A stretch of DNA of 64,000 nt from an uncultured Candidatus Saccharibacteria bacterium (GCA_964599285.1 CAZREI010000002.1:9955-73954), one strand, 5' to 3'. Positions 9,609 to 20,019 are shown, counted from the first letter of the stretch. Notes: generated by a model from the letters alone, not told the origin. Translations and numbers: made by a program.

Positions 9609-9830
9609 GTGATCGAAAATGCACTTTATGTTTGGGATCTCTTCCTTGATAGCGAAAAACATGAAGCATCAAGGCGGAGTATCATTGAAAAGCTTGATAG
9701 TCTGTCTATAGTTGGTTTCCGTGTTACTAGTTTCCAACACTTTCCAGACGAGAAGATCATCACCTTTCATCTCCAAAGAGAAAAAAAAGAAACTTCACCA
9801 CCTGCTCCACCGGCAACCATTGCCGACTGA
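9609..9830 (+). CDS. small hypothetical protein (73 aa), opposite strand between rplD and rplC
   Basis: GTG/ATG after AAGGAG SD. TTGACA-17-TATACT promoter at about 9522-9551; terminator 9840-9879. Confidence 0.4.
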   Translation: MIENALYVWDLFLDSEKHEASRRSIIEKLDSLSIVGFRVTSFQHFPDEKIITFHLQREKKETSPPAPPATIAD

Positions 9831-9839
9831 ATGTGTCAT

Positions 9840-9879
9840 GCGCCTCGTCGTTTTGAAAACGGCCTGGCGCTCTTTTTTT
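9840..9879 (+). terminator. intrinsic terminator
   Basis: gcgcctcgtcgttttgaaaacggcctggcgc hairpin plus T-run. Confidence 0.55.
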
Positions 9880-10056
9880 GCTTAAATTTTCAAATTACTC
9901 TGGATTGCCACGTCGCTTCGCTCCTCGCAATGACGACGTTTGGTTTCCGCGTTTTTCCGCGAGACGCTGGGCGTCCCTGCCCCGCTCAGCGTGGGCGTAA
10001 ATTTCCCCGGCCTCGACTCGCTGTCAAGGCGAGGCGGGCGCGTTATTCCGCGATTG

Positions 10057-10689
10057 CTAACCCCTAATCTCCAGCAACGTTCCCCGGTGTCCCGGGACGG
10101 CTCCTTTCAATGCTATCACATTATTTTCTGCATCCACTTTTGCGACTATCAAATTTTTTACCGTTACTCTTTCAAATCCCATTCTTCCTGGCATTTTTCT
10201 TCCTTTGATGGTGTGCTGGGGAAATCGCTGGCCAATGGATCCTACGGTTCTTGCTTCGTGCTTTGCTCCGTGCGTAGCATTTCTGCCATGAAACCCATGC
10301 CGCTTTACTGCTCCTTGAAATCCTTTTCCTTTTGAAGTTCCGATAACCGTCACCTTGTCGCCCTCGGCAAATACTGCCACATTAATTTGGTCGCCCACTT
10401 TCACATTCTCATCGTTCCCCCTAAATTCCTTAATGTATTTATATTCTTTCCCTTTCATTGATTTACCAATTTTGCTTTTCTTCAATATTTTTTCCAAACC
10501 AATTTGAATAGCATCATAACCATCTTTGCCGTCTTTTTCTTTCTTGTCCGCCGTAGCTTTAGCGAGGGAGGAGGTTTTTTTCTGCAAAACCACGCAAGGC
10601 CCCGCTTCAACCAAAGTCACCGGAGTGATATTTCCTTTCGCGTCGAATAACTGGGACATGCCGATTTTTTTGCCGAGGATAAACTTCAT
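10057..10689 (-). CDS. rplC: 50S ribosomal protein L3
   Basis: MKFILGKKIGMSQ...; uL3; ORF-track MYIRDYSKF is repeat-derived. Confidence 0.9.
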   Translation of the reverse strand: MKFILGKKIGMSQLFDAKGNITPVTLVEAGPCVVLQKKTSSLAKATADKKEKDGKDGYDAIQIGLEKILKKSKIGKSMKGKEYKYIKEFRGNDENVKVGDQINVAVFAEGDKVTVIGTSKGKGFQGAVKRHGFHGRNATHGAKHEARTVGSIGQRFPQHTIKGRKMPGRMGFERVTVKNLIVAKVDAENNVIALKGAVPGHRGTLLEIRG

Positions 10690-10952
10690 GAATTTGGAGT
10701 AATCACGAATATACAAATACGATCAAATATACAAATATACTAATACGAACGAGTGTTACGATTTGTATATTCGTATATTATTTTAGATTCGTATATTCGT
10801 GATTACTCCTTTTATAAACAAATACCGGGCACTTCGCCCGGCCAATTCAAAACTATTGAATTTTTTGCGGACTTATCTCTTGATAATCAAGAGTAGTATC
10901 TCGTCTTTTTCAACGATTAATCAGTGTACTATATCTTAATAGAAATATCAAC

Positions 10953-11046
10953 CCCGTCGTTGCTTCGCCTCCTTCAAAACCCTCGGTTTTGAATAATTTC
11001 CTACACGGATGGGACACCAAGTGTCCCCTCCTACCCACCCCTCGAG
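10953..11046 (-). ncRNA. conserved structured RNA motif, copy 1 (S10-L3 intercistronic)
   Basis: Blocks YGTGTAGGAA / TTCAAAACCGAGGGTTTTGAA / GGnnCGAAG are shared with 58557-58670. The intervening hairpin differs but remains a hairpin. Confidence 0.4.
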
Positions 11047-11049
11047 TAG

Positions 11050-11430
11050 CTATATCTTAATAGATATATCTACTCCCGATGGTAAATTCAAGTCTCTTAG
11101 CGCTTCAATGATCTGTTCGTTCGGGCTTAGAATATCAATGATTCTTTTGTGGATTCTCATTTCAAATTGCTCGCGGGCGTTCTTGTGAACAAAGGTTGAT
11201 CGGTTGACCGTATACTTTAAAATTTCCGTTGGCAGTGGCACCGGTCCCACCACTTCAACGCCATGCCGATTGGCAATGTCAATAATCTGGCGCACCGAAT
11301 TGTCTATGATTTTGTGGTCATAGGCTTTCAGCTTGATGCGCAGTTTAGGCAAAGAAGCCACCGTTTGAACTGGCGCTTCTTTGGTTTCAACTTTTTTCCT
11401 GGTAACAGTTTTTTTTGCGACTACCATTAT
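11050..11430 (-). CDS. rpsJ: 30S ribosomal protein S10 with N-terminal extension
   Basis: [29 protein letters not shown] uS10 core. Confidence 0.85.
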   Translation of the reverse strand: MMVVAKKTVTRKKVETKEAPVQTVASLPKLRIKLKAYDHKIIDNSVRQIIDIANRHGVEVVGPVPLPTEILKYTVNRSTFVHKNAREQFEMRIHKRIIDILSPNEQIIEALRDLNLPSGVDISIKI

Positions 11431-11494
11431 GTTGGATTTTCTGCGTGATTCCGCGTAAATTTCCGCGTTTTTCCGCGCCAAAAATCATCAAATA

Positions 11495-12688
11495 TTATTT
11501 GATGATTTTTGTGACCACTCCCGCTCCCACCGTCTTGCCTCCTTCGCGGATGGCAAACTTTGACTTTTCTTCCAAGGCAACCGGTACAATCAGTTTGACC
11601 GTCAAATTTACCGTATCTCCGGGCATAACCATTTCGGTTCCAGCTGGCAATACGACGTCTCCAGTAATATCGGAAGTTCTAATATACAGTTGTGGTTTGT
11701 ATCCGGTGAAAAATGGAGTGTGCCTTCCGCCTTCGTCTTTGCTTAATACATATACTTCGCCTTCAAATTCGGTGTGAGGAGTAATAGATCCTGGTTTTGC
11801 CAGCACCTGACCGCGTTCAATGTCTTCTTTTTTCAAACCGCGAAGCAAAATTCCCACATTGTCGCCAGCTTGTCCCTGGTCAAGGCTTTTTTGGAACATT
11901 TCAACCGAAACCACCACCGTTTTTTGCGTTGGCCGAATTCCTACCACTTCCACTTCATCGTTTTGTTTTATCACTCCCCTTTCAATTCTGCCGGTAGCAA
12001 CCGTTCCCCTGCCTTCAATAGAAAACACGTCTTCAATGGCCATGCAAAAAGGTTTATCCAGTTCGCGCACGGGTTCTGGAATGTAATTGTCGCAAGCATC
12101 AAGCAATTCTACAATTGGCTTGGCTGCTGGGTCATCCGCTGATGTGGCGCTTAAAGCTTTCAAAGCCGAGCCTCGGATAATCGGTGTTTGATCTCCTGGG
12201 TAGCCATATTTTTTCAATAATTCACGAACTTCTGATTCCACTAAATCCAAAATTTCCGGATCATCCACCATATCCACTTTATTCATAAACACTACAAGAC
12301 TTGGCAATCCAACCTGTCTTGCGAGCAAAATGTGTTCTTTGGTTTGAGGCATCGGTCCATCGGGTGCTGATACCAGCAAAATTCCACCGTCCATTTGGGC
12401 GGCTCCGGTAATCATGTTTTTAATATAGTCAGCGTGGCCCGGGCAATCAATTAACGCATAGTGCCTTTTGGGCGTTTCGCATTCCAAGTGAGTAATGGAA
12501 ATGGTCACCCCTCTTGCCTTTTCTTCAGGCGAGGCGTCAATTTTATCCACATCAGCTTCGGTTGCTTTAAAACCGCGCAATTTTGAAACTTTCATAATTG
12601 CGGCTGACAAAGTGGTTTTTCCATGGTCAACGTGACCGATGGTTCCGATGTTTACGTGAGGTTTTGTTCGCTCAAATTTATCTGCCAT
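11495..12688 (-). CDS. tuf: elongation factor Tu
   Basis: [22 protein letters not shown] motifs; 397 aa. Confidence 0.97.
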   Translation of the reverse strand: MADKFERTKPHVNIGTIGHVDHGKTTLSAAIMKVSKLRGFKATEADVDKIDASPEEKARGVTISITHLECETPKRHYALIDCPGHADYIKNMITGAAQMDGGILLVSAPDGPMPQTKEHILLARQVGLPSLVVFMNKVDMVDDPEILDLVESEVRELLKKYGYPGDQTPIIRGSALKALSATSADDPAAKPIVELLDACDNYIPEPVRELDKPFCMAIEDVFSIEGRGTVATGRIERGVIKQNDEVEVVGIRPTQKTVVVSVEMFQKSLDQGQAGDNVGILLRGLKKEDIERGQVLAKPGSITPHTEFEGEVYVLSKDEGGRHTPFFTGYKPQLYIRTSDITGDVVLPAGTEMVMPGDTVNLTVKLIVPVALEEKSKFAIREGGKTVGAGVVTKIIK

Positions 12689-12861
12689 TTGTATTTAGGT
12701 TATAGCTTTTAGTTTATAGGTTATAGAATTTCTATAAGCTATAAGCTAGAACCTGTAAGCTAATTAGATTTTATTTATACTAATAATACTATTACACTAC
12801 ATTAAATAAGTCAATGATTTTAACATAAAAAGACGCGACAGGGCGCCTCTTATCAAAAACG

Positions 12862-13149
12862 CTACTGAATTTCCAGCGCTTCCTCAAGCTTTTTCACTCT
12901 CGGCCGAAGATCAGAAATACCTTCTAACTTCACTTCAACATTCTTAAGCCTTTCGTCTATTTTTTCAACCTTAACTTCAACGTTTTTCAATCTATCTTCT
13001 ACTTTTTCAAGCTGAACCTTTGTTGCTACGTTATCAAAACTATCTTTTACCATTTTAGCGGTAGGAAAAGTCTCTTCCATTACTTTGGTAGTAGGAAAAA
13101 TCTCTTTCATCGCCTCAATTATTTTTTTTACATCTTTCTCGTCTATCAT
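12862..13149 (-). CDS. hypothetical coiled-coil protein
   Basis: Repetitive VEDRLKNVEVKVEKIDERLKNVEVKLE heptads; no SD. Confidence 0.4.
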   Translation of the reverse strand: MIDEKDVKKIIEAMKEIFPTTKVMEETFPTAKMVKDSFDNVATKVQLEKVEDRLKNVEVKVEKIDERLKNVEVKLEGISDLRPRVKKLEEALEIQ

Positions 13150-13153
13150 ATTT

Positions 13154-13336
13154 TTATATTTCTTTTTTCTCTTCTTTAATAATGTTATGATTTTTTAGAA
13201 ATTCCACAAGTGGCACATTACAATCTTTGCAAAATTCGTAGTGATCGTAGGCAAACCGCACGGTAGTCCAACCACTTCTATACTTTTCTTCAATTTCTTT
13301 TTTACAAATATCACATTTTGTAACCATCATATGCAT
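13154..13336 (-). CDS. hypothetical zinc-ribbon protein
   Basis: CDIC...CKDC pairs. Confidence 0.35.
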   Translation of the reverse strand: MHMMVTKCDICKKEIEEKYRSGWTTVRFAYDHYEFCKDCNVPLVEFLKNHNIIKEEKKEI

Positions 13337-13450
13337 CCATTATAGTCGGCCAGAGAAGTCTGTCAAATTTGACGGAAAAACTTTTTGGTGCTAAATTATC
13401 AATAGCTGTTTGACATATCGACTTTTCCTCTTTTCACGGGAGAACAGTTC

Positions 13451-13810
13451 ATGACTCAGGAAAATCGTAGGGTTATTAGAGATACGGTTTTCGGCCTTCT
13501 GCGACAACGCCTAGAAAAGCGAGAAAAGATCATTGCGAAATCATGGGAATATTTGAAAGTGAAAGGTATTCCCAGAGAAGAGTTTGAAGAATGGTGGCGA
13601 GAAAGGTTTCCCTCTTGCCCAAAATGCGGATTCGGTTGCAGTTCAACTTTTATGCATTGTCCTGAATGCGGTACCCGATTGCCCCTTCCCAAAACCATTG
13701 AACAGCTCGACGACAGAGAAGAGGAAATGGTTGGATACAGCCACATTGCTCACCACCTCCAAAAAGCAGACGGTTTAAACTTCTGCGTAGATTGTGGCAA
13801 AAAACTTTGA
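13451..13810 (+). CDS. hypothetical zinc-ribbon protein (119 aa), opposite strand between tuf and fusA
   Basis: CPKCG...CPECG and CVDCG; GGGAGA SD; terminator 13822-13852. Confidence 0.45.
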   Translation: MTQENRRVIRDTVFGLLRQRLEKREKIIAKSWEYLKVKGIPREEFEEWWRERFPSCPKCGFGCSSTFMHCPECGTRLPLPKTIEQLDDREEEMVGYSHIAHHLQKADGLNFCVDCGKKL

Positions 13811-13821
13811 CCTTCGTACAT

Positions 13822-13852
13822 GCCCGGCTGGATTTCCGTCGGGCTTTTTTAT
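13822..13852 (+). terminator. intrinsic terminator
   Basis: gcccggctggatttccgtcgggc plus T-run. Confidence 0.55.
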
Positions 13853-13944
13853 TGTAAGACTCTGGATTGCCACGTCTCCGACTACGGTCGGGACTCGCAA
13901 TGACGACGTTATTCGTAATTCGATAAAATTCGTAATTCGTAGGA

Positions 13945-16020
13945 TTACTTTGTCTTCCCTTCGATTATTTGTTGCGCGACATTTGAAGGCACTTGTTCAT
14001 ATGAATTAAATTCCATGGTAAATGACGCTCGTCCTTCCGTTAGAGAGCGAAGGGCCGTCGCGTATCCAAACATTTCTGACAATGGCACCATGGCGTCCAG
14101 TACCTTCATGCCAACGCGCTCATGAGTTTGCTCAATTTTTCCACGCCTTGAATTTAAGTCAGATATAACCGGACCAAAAAATGCTTCGGGAGTGATGACT
14201 TCCGTTTTCATGATTGGCTCCAAAATGACTGGCTTGGCTTTTTTGGCGCCAGCTTGCACGGCCATACTTCCTGCAATTTTAAAAGCAAATTCTGAAGAGT
14301 CAACATCGTGGAAAGACCCGTCATACAGCGTAACTTGCACGTCCACCATGGGGTAACCGGCAATAATTCCCTTGTCTAGCGCTTCAATAATTCCCTTTTC
14401 GGTTGGCTTGATAAATTCTTTGGGAATGGCGCCTCCTTTAATTTCATCCACAAATTCAAAACCCTTGCCCCGTTCCAGCGGCTTTAATCTAATCAACACG
14501 TGGCCGTATTGGCCTTTGCCTCCGGACTGGCGCACATATTTTTCTTCAGCTTCTGATTCGCCGGTGATGGTTTCCTTGTAAGCCACCTGCGGCCGGCCAA
14601 AGTTTGCGTCCACGTTAAACTCGCGCCGCAGCCTATCCTGAATAATATCCAAATGCAATTCCCCCATGCCAGAAATAATGGTTTCGCCCGTTTCAATATC
14701 TTCTTTAATTCTAAAGGTTGGGTCTTCTTGTGTCAGTTTTCTGATAGAAGCAATTAACTTTTCCTGGTCGGCTTTGGTTTTTGGCTCCACGCGCATGCTG
14801 ATGACCGGTTCAGGGAAGGAAATTTTTTCCAAAACCACCGGCTTGTCTTTGTCGCACAATGTGTGGCCGGTTGAAGTATCTTTTAAACCAACTGTGGCGC
14901 CAATTTCGCCGGCATACAGCACATCTAATTCTTCGCGGCTGTTTGACTTCATGCGCAAAATTCGGGCGATTCTTTCCTGCTCGCCGGTTACGGAATTTAA
15001 TACATACGTGCCTTTATTTAAGGTGCCAGAATACACTCTAAAAAACGTCAGCTGGCCGACAAAAGGATCCGTGGCAACTTTAAATACCAGCGCGGCAAAG
15101 GGTTCTGAATCAGAAAATTTCCGTTCAATTTCTGCGCCGGTTTTAGGATCCGTGCCCTTGACCATGCCAATATCGGCTGGCGATGGCAGGTAATCTATGA
15201 CGGCGTCCAAAATAAATTGTGTGCCCTTATTTTTCAAAGCTGAACCGCAAAATACCGGCACCAGTTTGAAAGCCAAACAAGCTTTTCGCATCGCTACCAT
15301 TAATTCCTCGTTGGAAATTTCTTCGCCTCCCAGCAATTTGTTGGTTAAGGTATCGTCTTCGCCGGCAATTCGGTCCACCATTTTTTCGCGCCAAGCTTTG
15401 GCTTTTTCCATCATATCAGCGGGAATTTCGCGCTCTTCCACTTTTTCTCCTTTCTCACCTTCAAAATAAATAGCTTTCATTTTTAGCAAATCAATCACTG
15501 CCGATAAGTTTTCTTCTTCGCCGATGGGAATGGTCATAGCCACCGCGTTTTTGGTCAGTTTATCTAAAATACTTTGAAAAGATTTTTCAAAACTGCCACC
15601 CATTCTATCCAATTTATTGATAAAACAAACCCGAGGTGTGCCGTATTTATCAGCCTGGCGCCAGACGGTTTCCGATTGCGGTTCCACGCCAGCAACTCCG
15701 TCAAAAACCACCACCGCGCCGTCAAGTACGCGCAAAGATCGCTGCACTTCAGCCGTAAAATCAATGTGGCCAGGGGTGTCAATTAAGTTCATTTGGATTC
15801 CCTTCCAGTGCATGGTAATAGCGGCGGCGGTGATGGTAATTCCGCGCTCGCGTTCCTGTGGCATCCAATCCATCACGGTATCGCCCTCGTGCACTTCCCC
15901 AATTTTGTGCGAAACTCCGGTATAAAACAAAAGCCGCTCAGACACGGTAGTTTTACCAGCGTCTATGTGAGCGATAATTCCGAAGTTACGTAGTTTTTCT
16001 AATGGGTATTGACGAGACAT
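13945..16020 (-). CDS. fusA: elongation factor G
   Basis: [17 protein letters not shown], long EF-G body. Confidence 0.95.
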   Translation of the reverse strand: MSRQYPLEKLRNFGIIAHIDAGKTTVSERLLFYTGVSHKIGEVHEGDTVMDWMPQERERGITITAAAITMHWKGIQMNLIDTPGHIDFTAEVQRSLRVLDGAVVVFDGVAGVEPQSETVWRQADKYGTPRVCFINKLDRMGGSFEKSFQSILDKLTKNAVAMTIPIGEEENLSAVIDLLKMKAIYFEGEKGEKVEEREIPADMMEKAKAWREKMVDRIAGEDDTLTNKLLGGEEISNEELMVAMRKACLAFKLVPVFCGSALKNKGTQFILDAVIDYLPSPADIGMVKGTDPKTGAEIERKFSDSEPFAALVFKVATDPFVGQLTFFRVYSGTLNKGTYVLNSVTGEQERIARILRMKSNSREELDVLYAGEIGATVGLKDTSTGHTLCDKDKPVVLEKISFPEPVISMRVEPKTKADQEKLIASIRKLTQEDPTFRIKEDIETGETIISGMGELHLDIIQDRLRREFNVDANFGRPQVAYKETITGESEAEEKYVRQSGGKGQYGHVLIRLKPLERGKGFEFVDEIKGGAIPKEFIKPTEKGIIEALDKGIIAGYPMVDVQVTLYDGSFHDVDSSEFAFKIAGSMAVQAGAKKAKPVILEPIMKTEVITPEAFFGPVISDLNSRRGKIEQTHERVGMKVLDAMVPLSEMFGYATALRSLTEGRASFTMEFNSYEQVPSNVAQQIIEGKTK

Positions 16021-16047
16021 TGACAAATTATAGTTTATTGTTTATAT
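16019..16047 (+). promoter_or_regulatory. sigma70-like promoter TTGACA-17-TATATT for 16089 ORF
   Basis: Consensus spacing; overlaps fusA start. Confidence 0.35.
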
Positions 16048-16088
16048 TAAATATAGTTTCGAAACTATATTTTACTAGGAGGTGAGAC

Positions 16089-16307
16089 ATGTTTGAGTAT
16101 GCAGTTGTTCGTTTTGGTGCGTTCGAACCAGATGCAGCGGATGAGGTGGTGAAAACCGCGAACGCAAGGGCGCAAGATGGATGGCGCCTTGTATCTGTGT
16201 GCGCCGTCAAGCCCACCTCAACCTACTCATACGTCCTTCCGCAAGAGGGACAAGGTAGCACCGAAAAAGTACCCACAATCGCCGCTTTTTTCGAAAGGAA
16301 GAAGTAG
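16089..16307 (+). CDS. DUF4177-like small protein
   Basis: M.EY.VV....F......EELLNxxGxxGWxLVSV pattern; AGGAGG SD; higher GC than flanks. Confidence 0.5.
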   Translation: MFEYAVVRFGAFEPDAADEVVKTANARAQDGWRLVSVCAVKPTSTYSYVLPQEGQGSTEKVPTIAAFFERKK

Positions 16308-16323
16308 GAGGATTAACGAGCGA

Positions 16324-16356
16324 GGCGCCAACCCAAAAAGTTGGCGCATTTTTTTA
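16324..16356 (+). terminator. intrinsic terminator
   Basis: ggcgccaacccaaaaagttggcgc plus T7. Confidence 0.6.
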
Positions 16357-16614
16357 CCTGTAAATATCCTTCCGGTGACCAATTTCTACGAATACTGCTT
16401 CATCTTTACTTTCAAAACAATAAATAACTCTATACTCGCTTGTTAATCTTAAAGAATAAAATCCATTAAATTTTCCAGAAAGTTTTTTAACATGAAGGCG
16501 GGTGTCATGTTGGTCAGTTCTAAAAATATCTGTTTGCCGCAGGAGTAATTCTTTTATTTTCAGGGGCAAATTACTTGCATCTTTTAAAAAAGATTTTCTT
16601 AAAACAACTTTCAT
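16354..16614 (-). CDS. type II toxin, RelE/ParE family
   Basis: C-terminal YRVIYCFESKDEAVFVEIGHRKDIY matches RelE/ParE; 86 aa. Confidence 0.8.
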   Translation of the reverse strand: MKVVLRKSFLKDASNLPLKIKELLLRQTDIFRTDQHDTRLHVKKLSGKFNGFYSLRLTSEYRVIYCFESKDEAVFVEIGHRKDIYR

Positions 16615-16958
16615 TTTGAAATAAGCTTTAGGAAATCTCTTTTATTGGTATAAACAACCGACCCACGCCTATCTTTTGCATTCTTTAAAACCCTTTTTAC
16701 AAAATTGGGATTATACTCACCCTCACGGTCAACACCACCACTTAAACGATACTTTTTCTTAACCTGTCCCATTGAATAAGTCCGTCCTGTTTTAACATCT
16801 TCTTGGCCCAACCTGATTTGCTTTATGGCCCAATTACTTAAAGCTTCTTTTTTACCTACTTTTTTGGTTTTTCTAGCGCCAGCTAAAACCAACCTTTTAA
16901 CAAAAGCTAAATCTTTTTCCAGTCTATTAATTTTTTTCTCTAAAAGTCTGTTGGTCAT
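16611..16958 (-). CDS. putative cognate antitoxin (unassigned family)
   Basis: Immediately upstream of toxin with 4-bp ATGA overlap; inferred from genomic position. Confidence 0.45.
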   Translation of the reverse strand: MTNRLLEKKINRLEKDLAFVKRLVLAGARKTKKVGKKEALSNWAIKQIRLGQEDVKTGRTYSMGQVKKKYRLSGGVDREGEYNPNFVKRVLKNAKDRRGSVVYTNKRDFLKLISK

Positions 16959-17030
16959 GGACTTATTTTAGTGTATTCTTTGTGAAAGTCAATTTTGAGC
17001 AATAATTCCAAAGTTACGCATTTTTTCTAT

Positions 17031-17060
17031 TGGACATTGTCTTGACATAAATATATTAAA
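17031..17060 (+). promoter_or_regulatory. sigma70-like promoter TTGACA-17-TATGAT
   Basis: Upstream of 17123 ORF. Confidence 0.35.
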
Positions 17061-17122
17061 AATATATGATTGGGACGTGTAATACTTCTCTCGCCTTTTG
17101 CTCTTACAAGAAGAGAAATCTT

Positions 17123-17380
17123 ATGGCGGAACGAATCTTTCCGAAAGGCGTGCGGACAAGGGGTAACGTAATCAAATTTCGAACGGAGGATGGAAAGGAA
17201 ATTTCCGAGTACGTCGAATTCCGAAAGAAGGAAGATGACGAAACGCTCATTGTCTTTTTAAGGGACACAAATCGTTATCTCACCCACAATCCCTTGAAGG
17301 ACGGAGACAAGTGGACATATCATTACGCACATCACGAGGTTCACAGAGAACTAGGTAGGGTGACAATCGTCACCGATTAG
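17123..17380 (+). CDS. small hypothetical protein (85 aa) opposite strand between fusA and rpsG
   Basis: MAERIFPKG...; own terminator 17402-17432. Confidence 0.4.
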   Translation: MAERIFPKGVRTRGNVIKFRTEDGKEISEYVEFRKKEDDETLIVFLRDTNRYLTHNPLKDGDKWTYHYAHHEVHRELGRVTIVTD

Positions 17381-17401
17381 CCTCAAAAGGGCTGGATACA
17401 A

Positions 17402-17432
17402 ACACGCGAAACGAATTTCGCGTGTCTTTTTT
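17402..17432 (+). terminator. intrinsic terminator
   Basis: acacgcgaaacgaatttcgcgtgt plus T-run. Confidence 0.6.
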
Positions 17433-17441
17433 ATCTCAAAA

Positions 17442-17906
17442 TTATCTTGCAAAGTGAGCAAATGCCTTGTTTGCCTCCGCCATCCTATGCGTATCGTTCT
17501 TTTTCTTCATCGCGTTGCCTTCGTTGTTTGAACAGGCAATCAATTCTTCGCTCAATTTAATGGCCATGCCTTTGCCTTTTTTATTTCTTGCGGCGTCTAA
17601 AATCCATTTAATCGCCAAGTCTAATTTCCGTTCTTGCCGAACTTCCATAGGAACTTGGTAGGTCGCTCCCCCAACTCGCTTTGGTTTTACTTCCAATAAC
17701 GGAGAAACGTTTTCAATAGCTTTGCCAAAAACCTCCAGTGGTTCTTTCTGGGTTTTTTCTTTTATAATATTAAAAGAATCGTACACAATTCTTTGTGCTA
17801 CGGTTTTTTTGCCGTCTTTCATTACCTTGTTAATCAGTTGGGCAACGACCAGGTCATTGTAGACCGAGTCGGGTGAAATTTTTCGTTTCTTAAATGCTCG
17901 TCGCAT
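17442..17906 (-). CDS. rpsG: 30S ribosomal protein S7
   Basis: uS7 body, 154 aa, str operon position. Confidence 0.9.
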   Translation of the reverse strand: MRRAFKKRKISPDSVYNDLVVAQLINKVMKDGKKTVAQRIVYDSFNIIKEKTQKEPLEVFGKAIENVSPLLEVKPKRVGGATYQVPMEVRQERKLDLAIKWILDAARNKKGKGMAIKLSEELIACSNNEGNAMKKKNDTHRMAEANKAFAHFAR

Positions 17907-18014
17907 AATCCTTTGATATTTATTCGCCTTGGCGAATGATACTTAGAGATATTTGCGCGCCTCGCGCGCGATATTTTTCTAGTATCTATTAATATCCGTA
18001 ATATCTATTAATAT

Positions 18015-18425
18015 CTACTTTTTCAGTTTCGTTCCATACCTCGATCTTCCCTGCTTTCGGTTTTCTACTCCTGTCGTATCCAAAATGCCACGGACAATGT
18101 GGTATCTGACTCCGGGCAAGTCCTTTACCCTGCCGCCTCTGATTAATACCACGCTGTGTTCTTGCAAGTTGTGGCCTTCGCCAGGAATGTAGGCTGTCAC
18201 CTCCATACCGTTGGACAGTTTTACCCTGGCAACTTTACGCAAAGCCGAGTTTGGTTTTCTTGGCGTTTGGGTAAATACCTTAATGCACACGCCGCGCTTA
18301 AAGGGCGATGGGTAGTGTGATGGCCGGTTTTGCAAAGCATTAAAACCAAACTGCAAAGCCACGCCCTTCTTTTTGGCTTTAATGGATCTTCTGGGTTTTT
18401 TAATGAGTTGATGAATCGTAGGCAT
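18015..18425 (-). CDS. rpsL: 30S ribosomal protein S12
   Basis: [13 protein letters not shown]...[11 protein letters not shown]...; start 18425 (MYIRDYSKK is repeat-derived). Confidence 0.92.
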   Translation of the reverse strand: MPTIHQLIKKPRRSIKAKKKGVALQFGFNALQNRPSHYPSPFKRGVCIKVFTQTPRKPNSALRKVARVKLSNGMEVTAYIPGEGHNLQEHSVVLIRGGRVKDLPGVRYHIVRGILDTTGVENRKQGRSRYGTKLKK

Positions 18426-18479
18426 TTTCTTGGAGTAGTCACGAATATACAAATACGATCAAATATACAAATATACAAA

Positions 18480-18520
18480 TGTGAAGATTGCTTCGGCGCT
18501 CCTCGCAATGACGGACGGAA
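18480..18520. repeat. family I motif (ctggattgccacg...ctcgcaatgacg) nested inside family B copy
   Basis: Also at 9895-9960, 13858-13912, 25170-25262, 31860-31945, 49356-49405; related ctggattcccgattgcgcgggaatgaca at 29060-29090. Confidence 0.8.
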
Positions 18521-18659
18521 CGGATTTGTATATTGGTAAAATTTGTATATTATTTTAGATTTGTATATTAGTGATTACTCCTTCTAAAAAAGAATAAGCG
18601 CACTGCGCTCAATACCTGCAAGTCTATCAAAAAAAATAATGAGAGTCAATACTCGCGGG

Positions 18660-19283
18660 CTACATTCCCGTAATTACGTGGAACAACGAGTCGGTAACGG
18701 TCCCCAATCCTTGCAGGCCGCCAAAGAAAATGACAAAAATTAAAATGAAAATTCCGTATTGCTGCAAAAACATTTTTGCTTTTTGAAACTGGGTGGGAAT
18801 AAAGGTAAACAAAATCCATGATCCGTCCAGCGGAGGAATGGGCACCAGGTTAAAAAGAGCCAAGATAATATTAATGTGAACAATAAAAGAAAAAATAATC
18901 AGCAATCCGGAAAACGTCGCAAAAAAAGCTGGTGAAAACAGACGCATGGGCAGGCCAAACACCAGCGCCAGGGCAATGTTTGACAGGGGCCCGGCGATGG
19001 CGACTTTCAGCGACCCCCAAGCTTGGTCGCGAAAATTATAGGGATTAATGGGAACCGGCTTGGCCCAGCCTACCAAAATGGGGCTGCCGCTGATAAAAAG
19101 CAACAAAGGCAAGGCGATGGACCCGAAAAGATCCAAGTGCTTGATGGGGTTTAAGGTTAGCCGCCCTTGGTACTTTGCCGTCGGGTCGCCCAATGAATAA
19201 GCCACGTAGCCATGCGCCAGTTCGTGGATAATAACGGAAAATAACAGGACAACTAAGGAAAAGATGGTAATGATAATGTCCAT
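18660..19283 (-). CDS. site-2 protease family zinc metalloprotease (peptidase M50)
   Basis: HELAHG motif, polytopic membrane. Confidence 0.7.
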   Translation of the reverse strand: MDIIITIFSLVVLLFSVIIHELAHGYVAYSLGDPTAKYQGRLTLNPIKHLDLFGSIALPLLLFISGSPILVGWAKPVPINPYNFRDQAWGSLKVAIAGPLSNIALALVFGLPMRLFSPAFFATFSGLLIIFSFIVHINIILALFNLVPIPPLDGSWILFTFIPTQFQKAKMFLQQYGIFILIFVIFFGGLQGLGTVTDSLFHVITGM

Positions 19284-19329
19284 GGTTTATTTGTACTACA
19301 TATTGCAAAAAATAGAAAGATAAGATACT

Positions 19330-19470
19330 ATGTAATTATTCTAATTGCTCTAATTGACCTAATTATTCTAAGGAATGTCTAATTTCTAAAACGAACGGTT
19401 TGCATATTTTGAAGTTGGGATTTATTTAGGTTAATTAGAATAATTAGGTTAATTAGAATAATTTCAAAAC
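19330..19470. repeat. family M repeat (ttagaataattag words)
   Basis: Copy at 29950-30120. Confidence 0.7.
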
Positions 19471-19659
19471 ATGGCTTCTAAAATTTGTTCAATCTGCGCC
19501 AAAAAATCTTCCATGGGATGGACGCTGGTCAAACTGCGCGGAAAATATAATCCCACCCAAAAAGTACGCAAGTACCCGAATTTGCAATGGACGCGCAATG
19601 CTTCAGGCGAGCGCGTACTCGCTTGCGCCAAATGCATTAAAGCTTTAGCAAAAGTTTAA
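19471..19659 (+). CDS. rpmB: 50S ribosomal protein L28
   Basis: MASKICSICAKK...PNLQ...CAKC resembles bL28 (PNLQ motif, 4 Cys). Confidence 0.7.
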   Translation: MASKICSICAKKSSMGWTLVKLRGKYNPTQKVRKYPNLQWTRNASGERVLACAKCIKALAKV

Positions 19660-19906
19660 TGCATTTGCACAAAGGGGGTCGGGGAAATTGGGTATTTCCC
19701 CGTGAAGGAAAACAGCTTGCCGAAGGCAAGAGTTAGAAACCGTGGGTTTCTAAGGAGCTCGCCCCGCAGAGGGCGAGTGACAAATGGATTAAGGCAATGG
19801 CCAAGTAACAACATTTGACAATTGCCTGTCCGCCAAAGCTTTAGCGGCGGCGGAACCACTGACATTTAACTGCAACAAAAAATCGCCTTTCGGCGGTTTT
19901 TTGTTG
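19660..19906 (+). ncRNA. multi-hairpin structured region downstream of rpmB, ending in terminator
   Basis: Hairpins ggggaaattgggtatttcccc, cagcttgccgaaggcaag, agaaaccgtgggtttct, ctcgccccgcagagggcgag, ccgccaaagctttagcggcgg. Terminator aaaaaatcgcctttcggcggtttttt. Confidence 0.3.
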
Positions 19907-20019
19907 CTCTGGGATCCTTTAAAATTTCTATGAAATTTTAAGTGGGTATCCTCATGTCCACGACCACAGTCGGAACGAATATTGGATTCCCTAATAAATG
20001 ATAATATAGAATATTATTG

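Noticed and set aside
16028-16216. 62-aa minus-strand ORF
   Set aside because: Overlaps the promoter/5' region of the better-supported DUF4177-like + strand gene; no signals.
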